Counted from the first letter of the stretch, positions 1 to 18,946 are shown. The stretch is 64,000 nucleotides of DNA from the human T2T-CHM13v2.0 reference genome, Homo sapiens (GCF_009914755.1 NC_060925.1); one strand, 5' to 3'. Made by a program: numbers and translations. Notes: generated by a model from the sequence alone, not told the origin.

Positions 1-1342
1 TAGCAATTGTGCTCTTCTTCTGAAAGCTTTGAGATGAAGAATTTATTTAATTGATGCTGTACATGTATTGATTGTGAAATTTTTGGATTTCTTCCCAGGA
101 AATGTACTATATGAAATGGAAAGATTTTTGTATTGCCATAAATATATCTACATGGGAATTCTTGTGGCTTTGAAGAGTGTCCAACCTCTGATTGCATCAG
201 AATTCCCATAATGCTATACATAAAGTAAAGCTGACCTTGCATTTCTAATTAGAACTGAGAGGAACAGAAATCCTAGTGTGTGTGTTTTAAAAAAATATTT
301 TTCAAGTTGAAGACAAAGCCCAAATATTTGAAGGTGGTAGAAAGAAATATCAGAAAAGGACAATTTGAAATGAATATTATTTTCCCCTAATTAACCTAGA
401 AAGGTTACACAACTTTTTAGGGGAAAAAAAAATGCCAGGTGAATGGGGAATGTATGTAGTAGGGGTTCTTAAATATTCAATTTTTGATATATTCTATTGC
501 CATAGGGAAGAATTTAAGTATTTCTTGAACTAAAGAAACATCAGGCTTTGATCCAAGATAAAATTTTGGAGTCTCAGCTTCTGTGCCTACTAAGCCTGTA
601 ACCAAGCCACATGACATGCCTGGACATCACATGCCTTTCTTTTACCTTCTATTCCCTTCTGCTAAATTACCTTTCTAAAAGTATCCATTTTTTTTCAGCT
701 TCAAAACAATTTAATGAGCACTTATTATGTAGGTTTGCATTATACCTCATGTTGGGATCATAGATGTGTGATCCCTGCTCTCAGGGGAAGCCTAACTCAG
801 ACGTAGACTTAACTCTGACTGTTAGCTCTGAATGTAGGATATGGTCACCTGAAGTTTAATTTCTTTTTTTAACCAGGCATTTTATTTGCTGCTGCTTGTA
901 ATTTTGTCAATAATCATCACCACCTGATTTAAGTTGTCCTTTCTGCCTCCTCAGTACTCATTTCTCTCACTCAGGCATTTTTCCCTTGTCTTTGTCAATA
1001 TGGTGAATGTGAAAAACAATAAACTTAAGTAAGATATTTTATCAGAAAGATTAACTCTGAAAGAGTTAATGTCAAATTTATTATGTCTTAGTAAGTTAGA
1101 GCATTCCCTGAGGACATAGTAATTGAAAGTCTACATTTAAATTAGACTTTAAATGTAGACTTTCAATTACTAACTTTGAAAATAAGAGATACAAATGTAA
1201 ATGACATCCCTAATTGCTATAAAGGGAATTGTAGGTTCTTAAGAATTTGGGACTATGAAGTACTATTATTAAATTCCAGACTAGTAAAGTTACTATAAGA
1301 AAAAGAGTTGAGAGAAAAGTTTGTTTTAAAATGTTATGTATG

Positions 1343-1482
1343 GTGATCTTGGCTCACTGCTACCTCCGACTCCCGGGTTCAAGCAATTATCCTGCCTCAG
1401 CCTCCCGAGTAGCTGGGATTACAGGCACATGCCACCATGCCCAGCTAATTTTTGTATTTTTAGTACAGATGGGGTTTCACCA
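1343..1482 (-). mobile_element. AluS-like internal fragment (antisense) lying inside the TSD of the adjacent L1
   Basis: GTGATCTTGGCTCACTGC...GCTAATTTTTGTATTTTTAGTACAGATGGGGTTTCACCA; both Alu ends are missing. Confidence 0.92.
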
Positions 1483-1699
1483 AGGATCCGTTCCAAGATG
1501 GCCGAATAGGAACAGCTCCGGTCTGCAGTTCCCAGCATGATCAACACAGAAGATGGGTGATTTCTGCATTTCCAACTGAGGTACCTGGTTCATCTCATTG
1601 GGACTGGTTGGACAGTGGGTGCAGCCCATGGAGGGCAAGCTGAAGCAGGGCGGGGCATCACCTCACCCGAGAAGTGCAAGGGGTAAGGGGATTTCCCTT

Positions 1700-1924
1700 T
1701 CATAGCCAAAGGGAAGCCATGACAGACTGTACCTGGAAAAAACGGGACACTGCCACCCAAATATTGCACTTCTCCCAAGGTCTTAGCAACCAGGAGACAA
1801 GGAGATTCTCTCCCGTGCCTGGCTCAGTGGGTCCCACACCCATGGAGCCTTGCTCACTGCTAGCGCAGCAGTCTGAGATTGAACTGTGAGGCGGCAGCCT
1901 GGCTGGGGGAGGGGCATCCGCCAT
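1700..1924 (-). CDS. L1 ORF0-like antisense ORF (74 aa) in the L1 5'UTR
   Basis: MADAPPPARLPPHSSISDCCASSEQGSMGVGPTEPG resembles ORF0 MAGAPPPASLPPCSLISDCCASNQRDSVGVGPSEPG; ATG in GCAATGG context; translation not shown. Confidence 0.6.
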   Translation of the reverse strand: MADAPPPARLPPHSSISDCCASSEQGSMGVGPTEPGTGENLLVSWLLRPWEKCNIWVAVSRFFQVQSVMASLWL

Positions 1925-2498
1925 TGCTGAGGCTTGAGTAGGTAAACAAAGCAGCTGGGAAGCTCGAACTGGGCAGAGCCCACCACAGCTCAACAAGGCC
2001 TACTGCCTCAGGACTCCATCCTCTGTGGGCAGGGCTTAGCTGAACAAAAGGCAGCAAATAACTTCTGCAGACTTAAACCTCCCTGTCTGACAGCTGAAGA
2101 GGGCAGTGGTTCTCCCAACATGGCGTTTGAGCTCTGAGAACGGGCAGACTGCCTCCTCAAGTGGGCCTGACCACTGTGTAGCCTAACTGGGAGACACTCC
2201 CCAGTAGGGGCCAACTGACACCTCATAAAGCCGGGTGCCCCTCTGGGACAAAGCTTCCAGAGGAAGGATCAGGCAGCAATATTTGCTGTTCTGCAGCCTC
2301 TGCTAGTGATACCCAGACAAACAGGGTCTGGAGTGGACCTCCAGTAAACTCCAACAGACCTGCAGGTGAGGGACCTGTTAGAAGGAAAACTAACTAACAG
2401 AAAGGAATAGCATCAACATCAGCAAAAAGATCATCTACACCAAAACCCCATCTGTAGGTCACCAACATCAAAGACCAAAGGTAGATAAAACCACAAAG

Positions 2499-3506
2499 AT
2501 GGTGAGAAACCAGAGCAGAAAATCTGAAAATTCTAAAAATCAGAGCACCTCTTCTCCTCCAAAGGATTGCAGCTCCTTGCCAGCAACAGAACAAAGCTGG
2601 ATGGAGAATGACTTTGATGAGTTGACAGAAGTAGGGTTTAGAAGGTCGGTAATAACAAACTTCTCTGAGCTAAAGGAGCTTGTTTGAACCCATCACAAGG
2701 AAGCTAAAAACCTTGAAAAAAGGTTAGATGAGTGGCTAACTAGAATAAACAGTGTAGTGGAGACCTTAAATGACCTGATAGAGCTGGAACCATGGCACGA
2801 GAACTTCGTGATGCATGCACAAGCTTCAATAGCCAATTTGATCAAGTGGAAGAAGGGGTATCAGTGATTGAAGATCAAATTAATGAAATAAAGTGAGAAG
2901 AGAAGTTTAGAGAAAAAAGAGTAAAAATAAATGAACAAACACTCCAAGAAATATGGGACTATGTGAAAAGACCAAATCTACGTTTGAAAGTGATGGGGAG
3001 AGTGGAACCAAGTTGGAAAACACTCTTCAGGATATTATCCACGAGAACTTCCCCAACACAGCGAGGCAGGCCAACATTCAAATTCAGGAAATACAGAGAA
3101 CACCACAAAGATACTCCTTGAGAAGAGCAACCCCAAGACACATAATTGTCGGATTCACCAAGGTTGACATGAAGGAAAAAATGTTAAGGGCAGACAGAAA
3201 GGTCGAGTTACCCACAAAGGGAAGCCCATCAGACTAACAGCGGATCTCTCAGCGGAAACTCTACAAGCCAGAAGAGACTGGGGGCCAATATTCAACATTC
3301 TTAAAGAAAAGAATTTTCAACCCAGAATTTGATATCTAGCCAAATTAAGCTTCATAAGTGAAGGAAAAATAAAATCCTTTACAGACAAGCAAATGCTGAG
3401 AGATTTTGTTACCACCAGGCCTGCCTTCCAAGAGCTCCTGAAGGAAGCACTAAACATGGAAAGGAACAATTGGTAACAGCCATTGCAAAAACATGCCAAA
3501 TTGTAA
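2499..3506 (+). pseudogene. L1 ORF1 remnant (stops and frameshifts)
   Basis: ORF pieces MVRNQSRKSENSKNQS...WMENDFDEL and KLENTLQDIIHENFPN. Confidence 0.9.
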
Positions 3507-3569
3507 AGACTGTCGATGCTAGGAAGAAACTGCATCAATTAATGAGCACAATAACCAGCTAACATCATA

Positions 3570-6675
<3,106 letters not shown>

Positions 6676-7270
6676 ACAGTGAGATCACTTGGACACAAGG
6701 TGGGGAACATCATACACTGGGGCCTGTTGGGGGGTGGGGGCTAGGGGAGGGATAGCATTAGGAGAAATACCTAATGGAAATGATGAGTTGATGGGTGCAG
6801 CAAACCAACATGGCACATGTATACCTATGTGTCAAACCTGCACGTTGTGCACATGTACCCTAGAACTTAAAGTTTAATAATAAAAAAAAAATGTTATGTG
6901 TGTAACATTTTCATTTCTTAATTTAATTTAGTCTTTAATTTAGTCTCTAATGTGTGACATTAGTCAGTTCTGTGCCTCAGTTTCTTCATCTTAATTATTG
7001 AGATACTAGGGTTGTTGGGGGATTAAATTAGGTACAGCAAGGAAAGGAAAGCATTAATTTTGATGAAAGGTGTGACCATTTACACCCATTCTGGGCCTTC
7101 CTTGTTGTCAGCATTCTATTCACTCAATAGCACGTGGGGTCGGGATGTAGTAGATGGATGCTCTCCTTAAAGACCATGGCCTGCAGGGGACTCAGCTCAG
7201 CCTTCCCTGATGAGGCTAACAATTTTGTATTCTTGACATCAACCATAATATGCTAATACTCTCAAAATAA

Positions 7271-7574
<304 letters not shown>

Positions 7575-7746
7575 GGTTCTTAATGCTTATAATATGAAAA
7601 TGTTTTAAAATGTAAACCATTAAAAATTATTCCATCAACTGAAATGGAATCAACTGAAAAATTATTCCATCAACTGAAAACAAATAGTGGAAAAAAGCTT
7701 CCAAGATTTCAGGAACATTTTAAAGTGAATTTATTTAAGAAACTAA

Positions 7747-8282
7747 GGCTGAGTGCTGTGGTTCATGCCTGTAATCCCAGCCACTAGGTGGGCTGAGGTG
7801 GGAGGATTGCTTGAGGCCAGGAGCTTAAGACCAGCCTGGGCAACATAGCAAGACCCTATCTCTACAAAAATTAAAAAAATAATTAGCCAGGTGTGGTGGC
7901 ATGCGTCTGTAGTCCCAGCGACTCAAGAGGCTGAGGCAGAAGGATCTCCACAGAGTGAGATCATGTCTCTTAAACAACAGCTGGGCTTGGTAGCTCAAAC
8001 CTATAATCCCAGCACTTTGGGAGGCTGAGGTGGGTGGACCCCTTGGGTCCAGGAGTTTGACACCAGCCTAGGCAATATAGTGAAACCCCATCTCTACAAA
8101 AAATACAAAAATTAGCCAGTTGTGACACATGCCAGTAGTCTTATCTACTTGAGAGGCTGAGAGGCTGGAGGATTGCTTGACCCTGGGAGGTTGAAGCTGC
8201 AGTGAACTGAGATTACATCACTGCACTCCAGCCTTGGTGACAGAGGGAGACCCTGTCTCAAAAACAAAAGCAACAACAACAG
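7747..8282 (+). mobile_element. Two tandem AluJ-like elements (first internally deleted)
   Basis: GGAGGATTGCTTGAG J-type motif; AGAAACTAA at 7738-7746 and 8283-8291 flanks both. Confidence 0.85.
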
Positions 8283-9749
8283 AGAAACTAAAGTATTACT
8301 CAAGGTCCCCATTCACCTCAGGTGAAATTTGGCTGGAACTCCATTTCCAGAGCCTTATAATGCTGTAGCATGCAAAGTGCTGTTTGTTTTTCTTTGAGTT
8401 TTCCCCTCTAATTCCTTATATTTTGCTTTATTCCCACTTTTTTTTTTCTGTCTGGGAGGAGCCCTGTGTCAAATCCAGAAGCTCAGCCTTTTAACCATTT
8501 TCCACAAAAAATTTAACCATATACAGAATTTTATGATTGTGGAAATTTTCCTGAAGCCCTGAGAGGTTCCATTGCTTTCCATACAGCCTTAGGCTGTCTT
8601 ACTGGCTCTACCCCTCTCTCTTCTACTCAGGGCCTTTCAAAGCCCATGCTCCTACCGTGACCCCTGTCATTGATTATGTGCCCCCCCAGAAAGTAAGGCC
8701 CCTCCCTCCCTCTGACAGCTTCTACCACAGAGTGTGTCCCTGGGAGATTAGCCTGCCTGGCTTCCCTAACCTGCTGACATTCTGTTACTCATCAGTAAAG
8801 TATCTATGTGTTCATGTCAACTGGTAGAACATATGAGTTAGGCATATCATGTGTACAATCCATAGACAAGGCTCGATGTGAGTATGTATTTCCAGGTCTT
8901 GTAATAATTGCAGTGGCCTCTAGGCCCTAGAACCTAACTGATTCAGGATCACTCCCCCAAAAGTCTACTTTCAATAAATTTTTATGGAGACATTATGGAT
9001 TTATTTATCTTTTCATTCTGGTTTGCTCTTGTCTTAGTTAACTAAAACCTAAAGTTTACCCAAATGAGACAAAATTTGTACGTATTTTTATTTTCCCTAA
9101 ATTTGTCCTCATTTAAATGTCAAATGTATTTCTCCTTCTTTATTATATTCCAGATCTTAGTAAACAAATTTGGTTTACTTCAATATTTTATAAACATTGA
9201 TCTTTTCTACTTTTGGCTTTGGCCCTTCTCTACTGAGTAATGCTGATTTGTCTATGTTTTAGCTTCCAGAACTCTTAAAGCACCAATGTGGGAACATTAC
9301 AGATAGTCAATATTTCTTCCCCATTCAGCTGCCCGAATGTTAATACTGTTTATTAATGGTGTTGATATTAGAAAGGGAGGCAACTCCCCATTTTCCCCTT
9401 GCTGGATTTTGTAAGAGAATGCTGACATGATGTTAATAGAGATTCTTTTATAAAAGATTGTTTTGCAATAAAGAAGATTTGGAGCTTTCAATCTCTTTTA
9501 ATCAATAAGCTAAGATATTGGCTTATTGGACAGTTTTAATTTTTGTTATACAACTACACACTATTTGGAACCAGGAATGTAGCACTATTTTTACTTTCCT
9601 TGTGCACCCTCACTTAATTCTCTTACAAAATTGCCCTCCTTCCTTTCCCAGGAAAACATCATATATCACCCAACAATGAAGCTCTTGGCCAAGGAGAGGG
9701 TTGCAGTGTTGTGTGTAGATTCAGTGTCTCCAGTGGCTTTTGAGTTTTA

Positions 9750-10150
9750 CATTCCGACATTCAGAAAATACTTACTGAACATCCACCATGTACCTACAAA
9801 TTGCTATACTTGATACCAGAAGTATAAGAAAGGAATAGAAACACTCCTGGTCTTCAGGGAGCTTATGGTTTAGTGTAGAGATCAGACAAGACCAGCAAGT
9901 CAGAAAATAACTATGATGCAAAGCAGAAAGTGGTAACTTCCTCAGGACACAGAGAAAAGAAGAGACTCTAAAGAAGGGAAAAGATACATCCCACTGGAAC
10001 CAGGGAAGATTTCCTGAGTGGAATCTTAGTGGCACTGTAAACAGGGGTTAGTGATAGGTCAGGGAGAGAATTCGAGGCAGAGGACAAAGCATGGAAGTGC
10101 AAAAGTGCAGGATAGGTCTAAGAGCAAGAAATCGTGTGAAGAAAAGTAAT
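9750..10150 (-). mobile_element. L2 3' fragment
   Basis: CATTCAGAAAATACTTACTGAACATCCACCATGTACC...CTTCAGGGAGCTTATGGTTTAG; highly diverged, boundaries approximate. Confidence 0.6.
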
Positions 10151-10512
10151 GGAATTTCAGCCTGCAAAGGTAGATTGGATCCGATCAAGAATGATCTTCA
10201 GGATCAGGTTAAGAAAGTTCAGTCATCTTGGATTCTCTCCTAACCTCCATAGATCTAGTGAGTCCTATTTTTATAGTAGCATGTGCCCTTATGGTTAACC
10301 TGTTTATGTGCCTACCTCTTGCATTAATCTGGGAGTGATTTGAAGTCCTGGTTGATCATTTATTTTTCTATCATAGGCACCTATCAGAACACCTGTCACA
10401 CAGAACAAGTTTGGTAAATGTGGCCTTAATTGAAGCCCCATTTCAGATTTTGTTTTGTTGCATGAATACCATTTATTACCTGAAAAAATATATATCTCTC
10501 TGATATACACAT

Positions 10513-10513
<1 letters not shown>

Positions 10514-10547
<34 letters not shown>
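10514..10547. repeat. (CA)17 microsatellite
   Basis: Direct read. Confidence 0.95.
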
Positions 10548-10551
<4 letters not shown>

Positions 10552-11020
10552 CATGAAGAGGCAGATATTACATGTTGGGAGTTTTTCTCTGATAGTTACT
10601 GATTTCTCAATGAATTTGGCAGGACTCATTTGATACGAGTTGCAGCTTTAACAGACTGCAAAAGCTGTTGTCAGCCTAGTGATTACATTTTTCACATTTT
10701 CAATTTTGGGGGGGCAATAATATGTGAAAGTTTGGATTTTTAGTTACTTTAGAAGAGCAGATTACTGGCAGCATTTACTATAGCAGTTTTAAATAGAAGA
10801 AAAAACACTTTTTTTAAGTGGTCCCCATTTTCTGTAGAATAAAGTCCAAATCTTTGCATGGCATTCAAGACCTGCAGGAATTTTCCCAAAGGAATCCTTC
10901 AAGCTCATCTTCTGTCACTCTGTCCCTCATGTCTAGAGAAGTCCTCACTCTCGTCAGGCTATGTCATGAATTCCAATCTTCCTGTCTTTGCCCGTGCTTT
11001 TCATTCTGCTTGTATATAGA

Positions 11021-12606
<1,586 letters not shown>

Positions 12607-14186
12607 CTGAGGTTTTTAAAAAATTTAAATTATTCTTATTTATTGCTAATTTTATTACAGAAAGTAATGCAATATTAAAATATGTCATCAGTAAATTAGT
12701 ATTTACTTAAAAATCTGTTACAGGTAAAATGTAGCATATAGAACGTTCATTAAACATAAATTTTTGGAAAATTTTAAGAGTTTTTGAGAATGGAAATTAT
12801 AAGTTTACGCTAAAGAGAATTCTACTTTTTGATAAGATGTGTCTTAAAATATTTTGAAAAATATTTTTATCCTGAAAACTGCATCATGGAAGACTACCCA
12901 GATTCCTCTAAAACCATGGTTTCTAGTCATCCAATTGCTGTTTTGGTAACATTAAGAAGAAAATGCATTTACAATTTTATACTGCAATCATCTGTTGAGA
13001 AATTAGGATAGAATAAATGTTGAAATATACATCAGGCTTACCATTACTTATAATTTTAAAAAAAGAGAATGCGTTTTCATGCATTTAATCTTTAAAAATG
13101 CACAATTGAAATGTACACTTAAATCTTATTCTAATATTCCAAAATGCTTGGAATTTTCTTGTAGCACTGAAAATCCAGCCTAATGCTTTTAGTAATAGTC
13201 ATTGTAACCAAATGAAGTTAGTATTTTGTGGGGTTAATAGTTTACAGGACTTAATTTCTTTGAAAGTGTGATGAAGTGGCCCATCTTTCCATTTGTGTAT
13301 ATAGTCTGAAAATATGGTTCTGCACAATGGACATATTTTCTGTTAAACCATAGGGCACTGGACTATTTATAAAATGTTTGTGAACTGATGGGAAGAATAA
13401 GCTTCTGAAATTCCACCTGATGTATTGAACACATCTGAACAAGCTGCTCAGTAACTTTGTTGCATAAAAAATATTCACAAAAACCTATTTGAAAGTTCCA
13501 GATAGCCAAAAAATCCAAAAACTTTAAAATGAGGTAGAATAAAGCTGGGCATATCCTGAAAATCTATCTGGTTATATTACCAAACTCTCCATAGTCAGTA
13601 AGGTAACAAGACCACAGTGGTGTGGGAATAAAATTCAGTAATACTGACATAATTTTTCTAATAGGCATATACCAGTAAACCCTCGGATTTAAAAAGGTAT
13701 GATGAAATAAGGCATCAATATTACTCTCTGTAATATGATTAGCAATACATAAAAAGAGCTTATAAAAAGAAATTTTAGAATGAAGTCTGTAATTCCAGTA
13801 ATCCAAAGTACTTCCTAGAAGCTCAAGCGATCCAAAGCAAGATTTAGAAAGATTAAGCTGTCAGAAAGTGACTGGGAATGAAAGAGAACAGAAGGTCCTG
13901 CTAAGAATACCAGTAACCAAGCATGCTGACTTTGAGCACCTCTCTTTTAGAAAAGCCTGATTTACAATGCTTTTGTTTGCATGCATAAATGTTGTTAGAA
14001 GCCAGTTCCAAGAGAAATTCCTTATATTTCTGGAGCTTGGATTCTCAGTACATTATTTAGGTGTGGAGTTTAGCCAGATACAAACGTCTCCAAAACTAAG
14101 GCAACAGTTTTACCAAATGTTTCGCCTGTGTTTAATGTGGGCGTTCATCTTTATAGCTCTGTTATAGTAGCCTCTCTAAGTCTTGA

Positions 14187-14547
<361 letters not shown>

Positions 14548-15280
14548 TACATGGATTTTAGAATAATAATTTCAATTGCTCAAAAAAAAAAAAAAACTCT
14601 GCTGGGATCAGGAAATGAAGCTGGGAAAGTAGGGGCTCAGAAAGTAGAGTTGGTGAATCAAGAAAGAGTGACTAATAGCCCTCTTGAAATACGGGCCTGG
14701 TGCACTAGTCAGAGCTCCATGGAATCTGCTGGGGAGGGACTGCAAAGGGGGCTAGTGTAGATGTCTACAGAAGCTTGTGGCCTGTCCTAGCTGTTGCCTC
14801 TGTGGGTTTGCAGTAGGCATCTGGTCATGGGTTCTGTTGGTCAGCAGGGTTGGCTGATGGGAAGAACAGCTGGGTGCAGAGGCAGAAGAGGATGTAGAAT
14901 TGAGAGGAAGATCAAGGACAGGTTGATACCTGCTGGCACCTGTGTCTGTCTTTTATCGCCTTTAACAGTGATGACCTTAAGAGTATAATGGCTACTGTTT
15001 CACATCACCTTACAAATCTTGTACAATTTTCTCTTTTGGCCCAACCTAACCCAGATTCAAATAGGGAAGGAGATTCTAAAATGTAGTTCCAACTTAGCCA
15101 GACTGTTACAAAATGAAACTACCTTATCTTTTACTGCTGTCTTTGCCTTACTATCTTCACTTAGTCATCAATTCCTGTTGATTCACATCCTTAATATCTC
15201 TGGATTATGACTCTTTCTCTTCTTTGCCATCGCCCTCCCTTAGTTCAAACATTCATGCATTTTATGCTTGAATTACTGTA

Positions 15281-15727
15281 TGCTGTGGTTTGGATTTGGT
15301 TTCTTTGTCCTTACTGAAACTCATGTTTTAATTTGGTTCCCAATGTGGCAGTGTTGGGAGGTGGGGCCTAGTGGGATGCATTCGTTATGAGGACAGATCC
15401 CTCATTAATGGCGTGGTACCATTCTTTCAGTAGCGAGATCTTACTCTTAAGAGACCAGATTAGTTCTTGAGGGAAGGATTAGTTCCCCAGAAAGTGGGTT
15501 GTTATAAAGCCAGGAGCCCCCTCAGGTCTTCTGCTCTTTGCATGTGTCAGGTTTCTGTTTGACCTTCAATGACATGTTGTGAGGGAGCACAAAAGCCATT
15601 TTCAGAAGCAAGTGCCATGCCCTTGAACTTCTCAGCCTACAGTACCGTGAGCTAAATAATCCTCTTTTCTTTATAAATTACCCAGTCTCAGGCATTTTGT
15701 TATAGCAACATAAAATGGACTAAGTCA
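15281..15727 (+). mobile_element. MST (MaLR) solo LTR inserted in L2
   Basis: TG...CA ends; TAAATTACCCAGTCTCAGG motif; 5-bp TSD CTGTA at 15276-15280 and 15728-15732. Confidence 0.88.
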
Positions 15728-16024
15728 CTGTAATAGCGTCCTAACTGGCAGGTTCATGAAGTATGGCTATGTAGGTTGTGCATTGCACAGCACCAGGAGT
15801 TGCCATTCACAGACCACAATTTAATGGCTCTTCCTAGAGTTGTACAGAATACAACGTGCAGATGCATAAATAGTGGTCCTGTCTAAGGTCTGTCCCCTCC
15901 CCTCATCTCCAGTAGTTTGGACAATCCTTTAAAAAATAAAATTCACCATGTCATTCTCCTACCTAAAATCCTTCTTGTTCTCTCGCGGCCTTCAAGGTAA
16001 AGTTCAAATTCCTTAGTGTAGCAT

Positions 16025-16300
16025 AAAATCCGTTCATGATTAGCAGATGAGCCTAGGCTCTGGAATCAGAATTTCTAAGTTGTGGTACTATCTTATCCAC
16101 TTGCAAAATATATGACCTTGGATAAGTCACTTAGTCTCACTGGGCTTTTTTTTCTTTAGCTGTAAAATGGGGAAAGGGAGGATAAGAATAATGCTTTTTC
16201 ATCATTTTTTGTCAGGATTCAGTAAGATATAATGCACTTAGTAAAGTGGCTGGTACATGCTAAGTTTTCAATAATATATGTTGAAATAGTATTATTATTC
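16025..16300 (+). mobile_element. MIR
   Basis: GGCTCTGGAATCAGA...TGACCTTGGATAAGTCACTTA...CTGTAAAATGGGG core. Confidence 0.7.
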
Positions 16301-16628
16301 TTTCTATAGTGCAATCTCTCACCACTGTCCATCCCCAGCCCAACTATATTTCAGCTAAACCAAACTTCTTGTAATAGTTCTCCATATTGTGACCCATTCT
16401 GCCTCTGTGCCTTCTACCTGAAATACCCTTTTTTTCTTCTCCTGTATAGAATCTGCTCATTCTCTAGGACCCAGGAACTCATTGTCACTTCCTTCTGGAA
16501 GACTCCTTTGATGTTTGGTTTGTCAGCCTCATTTAGTGGCTGCTACCTTGGACTGTCAGTCAGTGTTTGATGACATTACAATAAATTATATTTTTCTGTT
16601 ACCTTCTTAATTCCCCCCACTATATAAA

Positions 16629-17127
16629 TGTATTAGTCAGGATTCTCCATAGAAACAGAACCAATAGGATATAGATGTATAAAGGGAGATTTATTGTGGG
16701 GATTGGCTCATGCACTTATGGAGTCTGAGAAGTTCCATGATATGTCATCTGCAAGCTAAAGAACTGGGACAGTTATAATTTAGTCTGAGGCCAAAGGCCT
16801 GAGAACTGGTGGGCTGCTGATGTAAGTTCCAGAGTCCAAAGGCATGAGAACCAGGAGCTCTAATGTCTAAGGGCAGGAGAAGATGGAGGTACCAGCTCAA
16901 ACAGAGAGAAAATTTGCCCTTCCTCTACTTTTTTATTTTAATCACCCATCAGTGTATTGGGTGATGGCTTGCCAACAGTGGTGGGAGCATCTTCTTTATT
17001 CAGCCTACTGATTCAAATGCTAATCTCCTTCAAAAACACCTGCAGACACACCCACAAATACTATTTTGCCAGCTATCTGGGGATACCTTAACCCAGTCAA
17101 CTCAATCCCACAAAGTTAACCATTACA
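16629..17127 (-). mobile_element. MLT2B-type (ERVL) solo LTR
   Basis: TGTATTAGTCAGGATTCTCCATAGAAACAGAACCAATAGG...AACCATTACA; TSD ATAAA at 16624-16628 and 17128-17132. Confidence 0.88.
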
Positions 17128-18180
17128 ATAAACTATAGACTGTCTCTTCTACTAGACTATGAACTCTAGACAATGTTTTCCTTGAGGGTTAGAACTCTTT
17201 TTGTCTTTGTATCGTTAGCTCCAAAACTATACCACAAAGTTCTCCTAAATGTTTGCTAGCAAGTTCTTAAAAATGTTTATTGAATTAATGAATGGTGATA
17301 AATGATGAAGAATCTAACAGGCATTGCTATACTTGTTGAGAAATATGAAGACAATGCATAATAGCAGGAATTTTTAGAATTCTGAAATGTGATGATTTAG
17401 TAGATTTTGAAATATAATTGTTCTTATTAAGAATGGAAGTTCTTTTAATAGAAAGAATTATTAAGGAGTTTTTCTTGTCAAGGTATTGTTTATAGAATTT
17501 GTTCAATATCCATTACTTTAAGGCCTCTTACAAAAATATTGGATAATCCATAAAAATTTCTCTAAGAATATTTTGTTTGTTAGTGGTCAATTTTAATACT
17601 TAAAAATATAAAGTTGCTATCCTTGGCAATCTGGATCAACATCTTGGCAGCTATCTGTTAATTATATAATATCTGTATGAGCTCAATATTTTGACAAGTT
17701 ACCTTACCTCAGTCAGTAGTTTATTCTTGAAGTTTCTGATGATACTCTTTTAATAAAAAAAAAAGTAATTACTTTCTGAGGTATTTTTTCCCTCTCAAAT
17801 GTCAGATTTCCATGTACTGAATATGCTTGAAATAAAGTACATATGTAAGATTTTTTATATTAAAAATGTCTGAAGCAAAAATCAGTAACTTAAAATTTGA
17901 AATAAAAATGCAAGTGTATAACTTGATATCAGAAGATATTAAGTCTAAGCACTTTTGTGGGCTGTAAATCTTGACCTCTTCTAATAACCTGTCTTTTCTT
18001 CAAATAGGTTCTTGCATTGGTAAAAGTTTAAAGAAATATGAATATATATGACTGTGACAATAAGAAAATTAAAAAAATGAAAATAATCACTCTCAACAGC
18101 AGTATTGTTTTTTGTTAGGCTCAGTGATTCTAACTGCCACCTAATGCATCAGAATTCTAAGATTAAGAAGAGTAAGTTGC

Positions 18181-18540
<360 letters not shown>

Positions 18541-18623
18541 TCATTAGAGAAATGGGCAAGCGCATATCAAAGGAGTCAGAAAAGAAGAATAAAAATGGCC
18601 CATAAATATATGAAAATATTTTA

Positions 18624-18946
18624 TTTCTATTTTTATTTTTAAAAATTAATTTATTTTTGTTTGAGACGGAGTCTCGCTCTGTCGCCTAGGGTGGAGTACA
18701 GTGGTGCAATCTCAGCTCACTGCAAACTCTGCCTCCAGAGTTCAAGCAATTCTCTTGCCTCAGACTTCCGAGTAGCTGGGATTACACACGTGAGCCACCA
18801 CGCCTGGCTAATTTTTGTATTTTTTTAGTAGAGATGGGATTTCACCATACTGGCCAGGCTGGTCTCGAACTCCCAACCTCAGATGATCCGCCCGCCTTGG
18901 CCTCCCAAAGTGCTGGGATTACAGGCGTGAGGCACCGTGTGCAACC
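18624..18946 (-). mobile_element. AluSx-like, inserted in an old L1M fragment
   Basis: TSD TATATGAAAATATTTTA at 18607-18623 and 18949-18965. Confidence 0.92.

Noticed and set aside
80-230. Exon-like segment (TTTCTTCCCAG acceptor at 98, GTAAAG at 225)
   Set aside because: All three frames contain stops and no protein is recognisable; donor is weak; a non-coding or terminal exon cannot be excluded
1331-1540. 69-aa ORF crossing the Alu-L1 junction
   Set aside because: Typical antisense-Alu translation ([12 protein letters not shown]); no evidence of a gene
6718-6752. G-quadruplex-capable tract
   Set aside because: Standard L1 3'UTR G-rich tract, present in the other L1PA copies; not novel
8312-9528. 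Short hairpins TTCACCT-C-AGGTGAA (8312) and CAATAAGC...GCTTATTG (9503)
   Set aside because: 7-8 bp arms are near chance level in 64 kb and no ancestral state is available
12607-13460. AT-rich block as a possible processed pseudogene
   Set aside because: No recognisable ORF, tail or TSD; more likely decayed L1M or unique DNA
17302-17385. C/D-box snoRNA-like ATGATGA...CTGA spacing
   Set aside because: No terminal stem and no recognisable rRNA guide; expected by chance in AT-rich DNA
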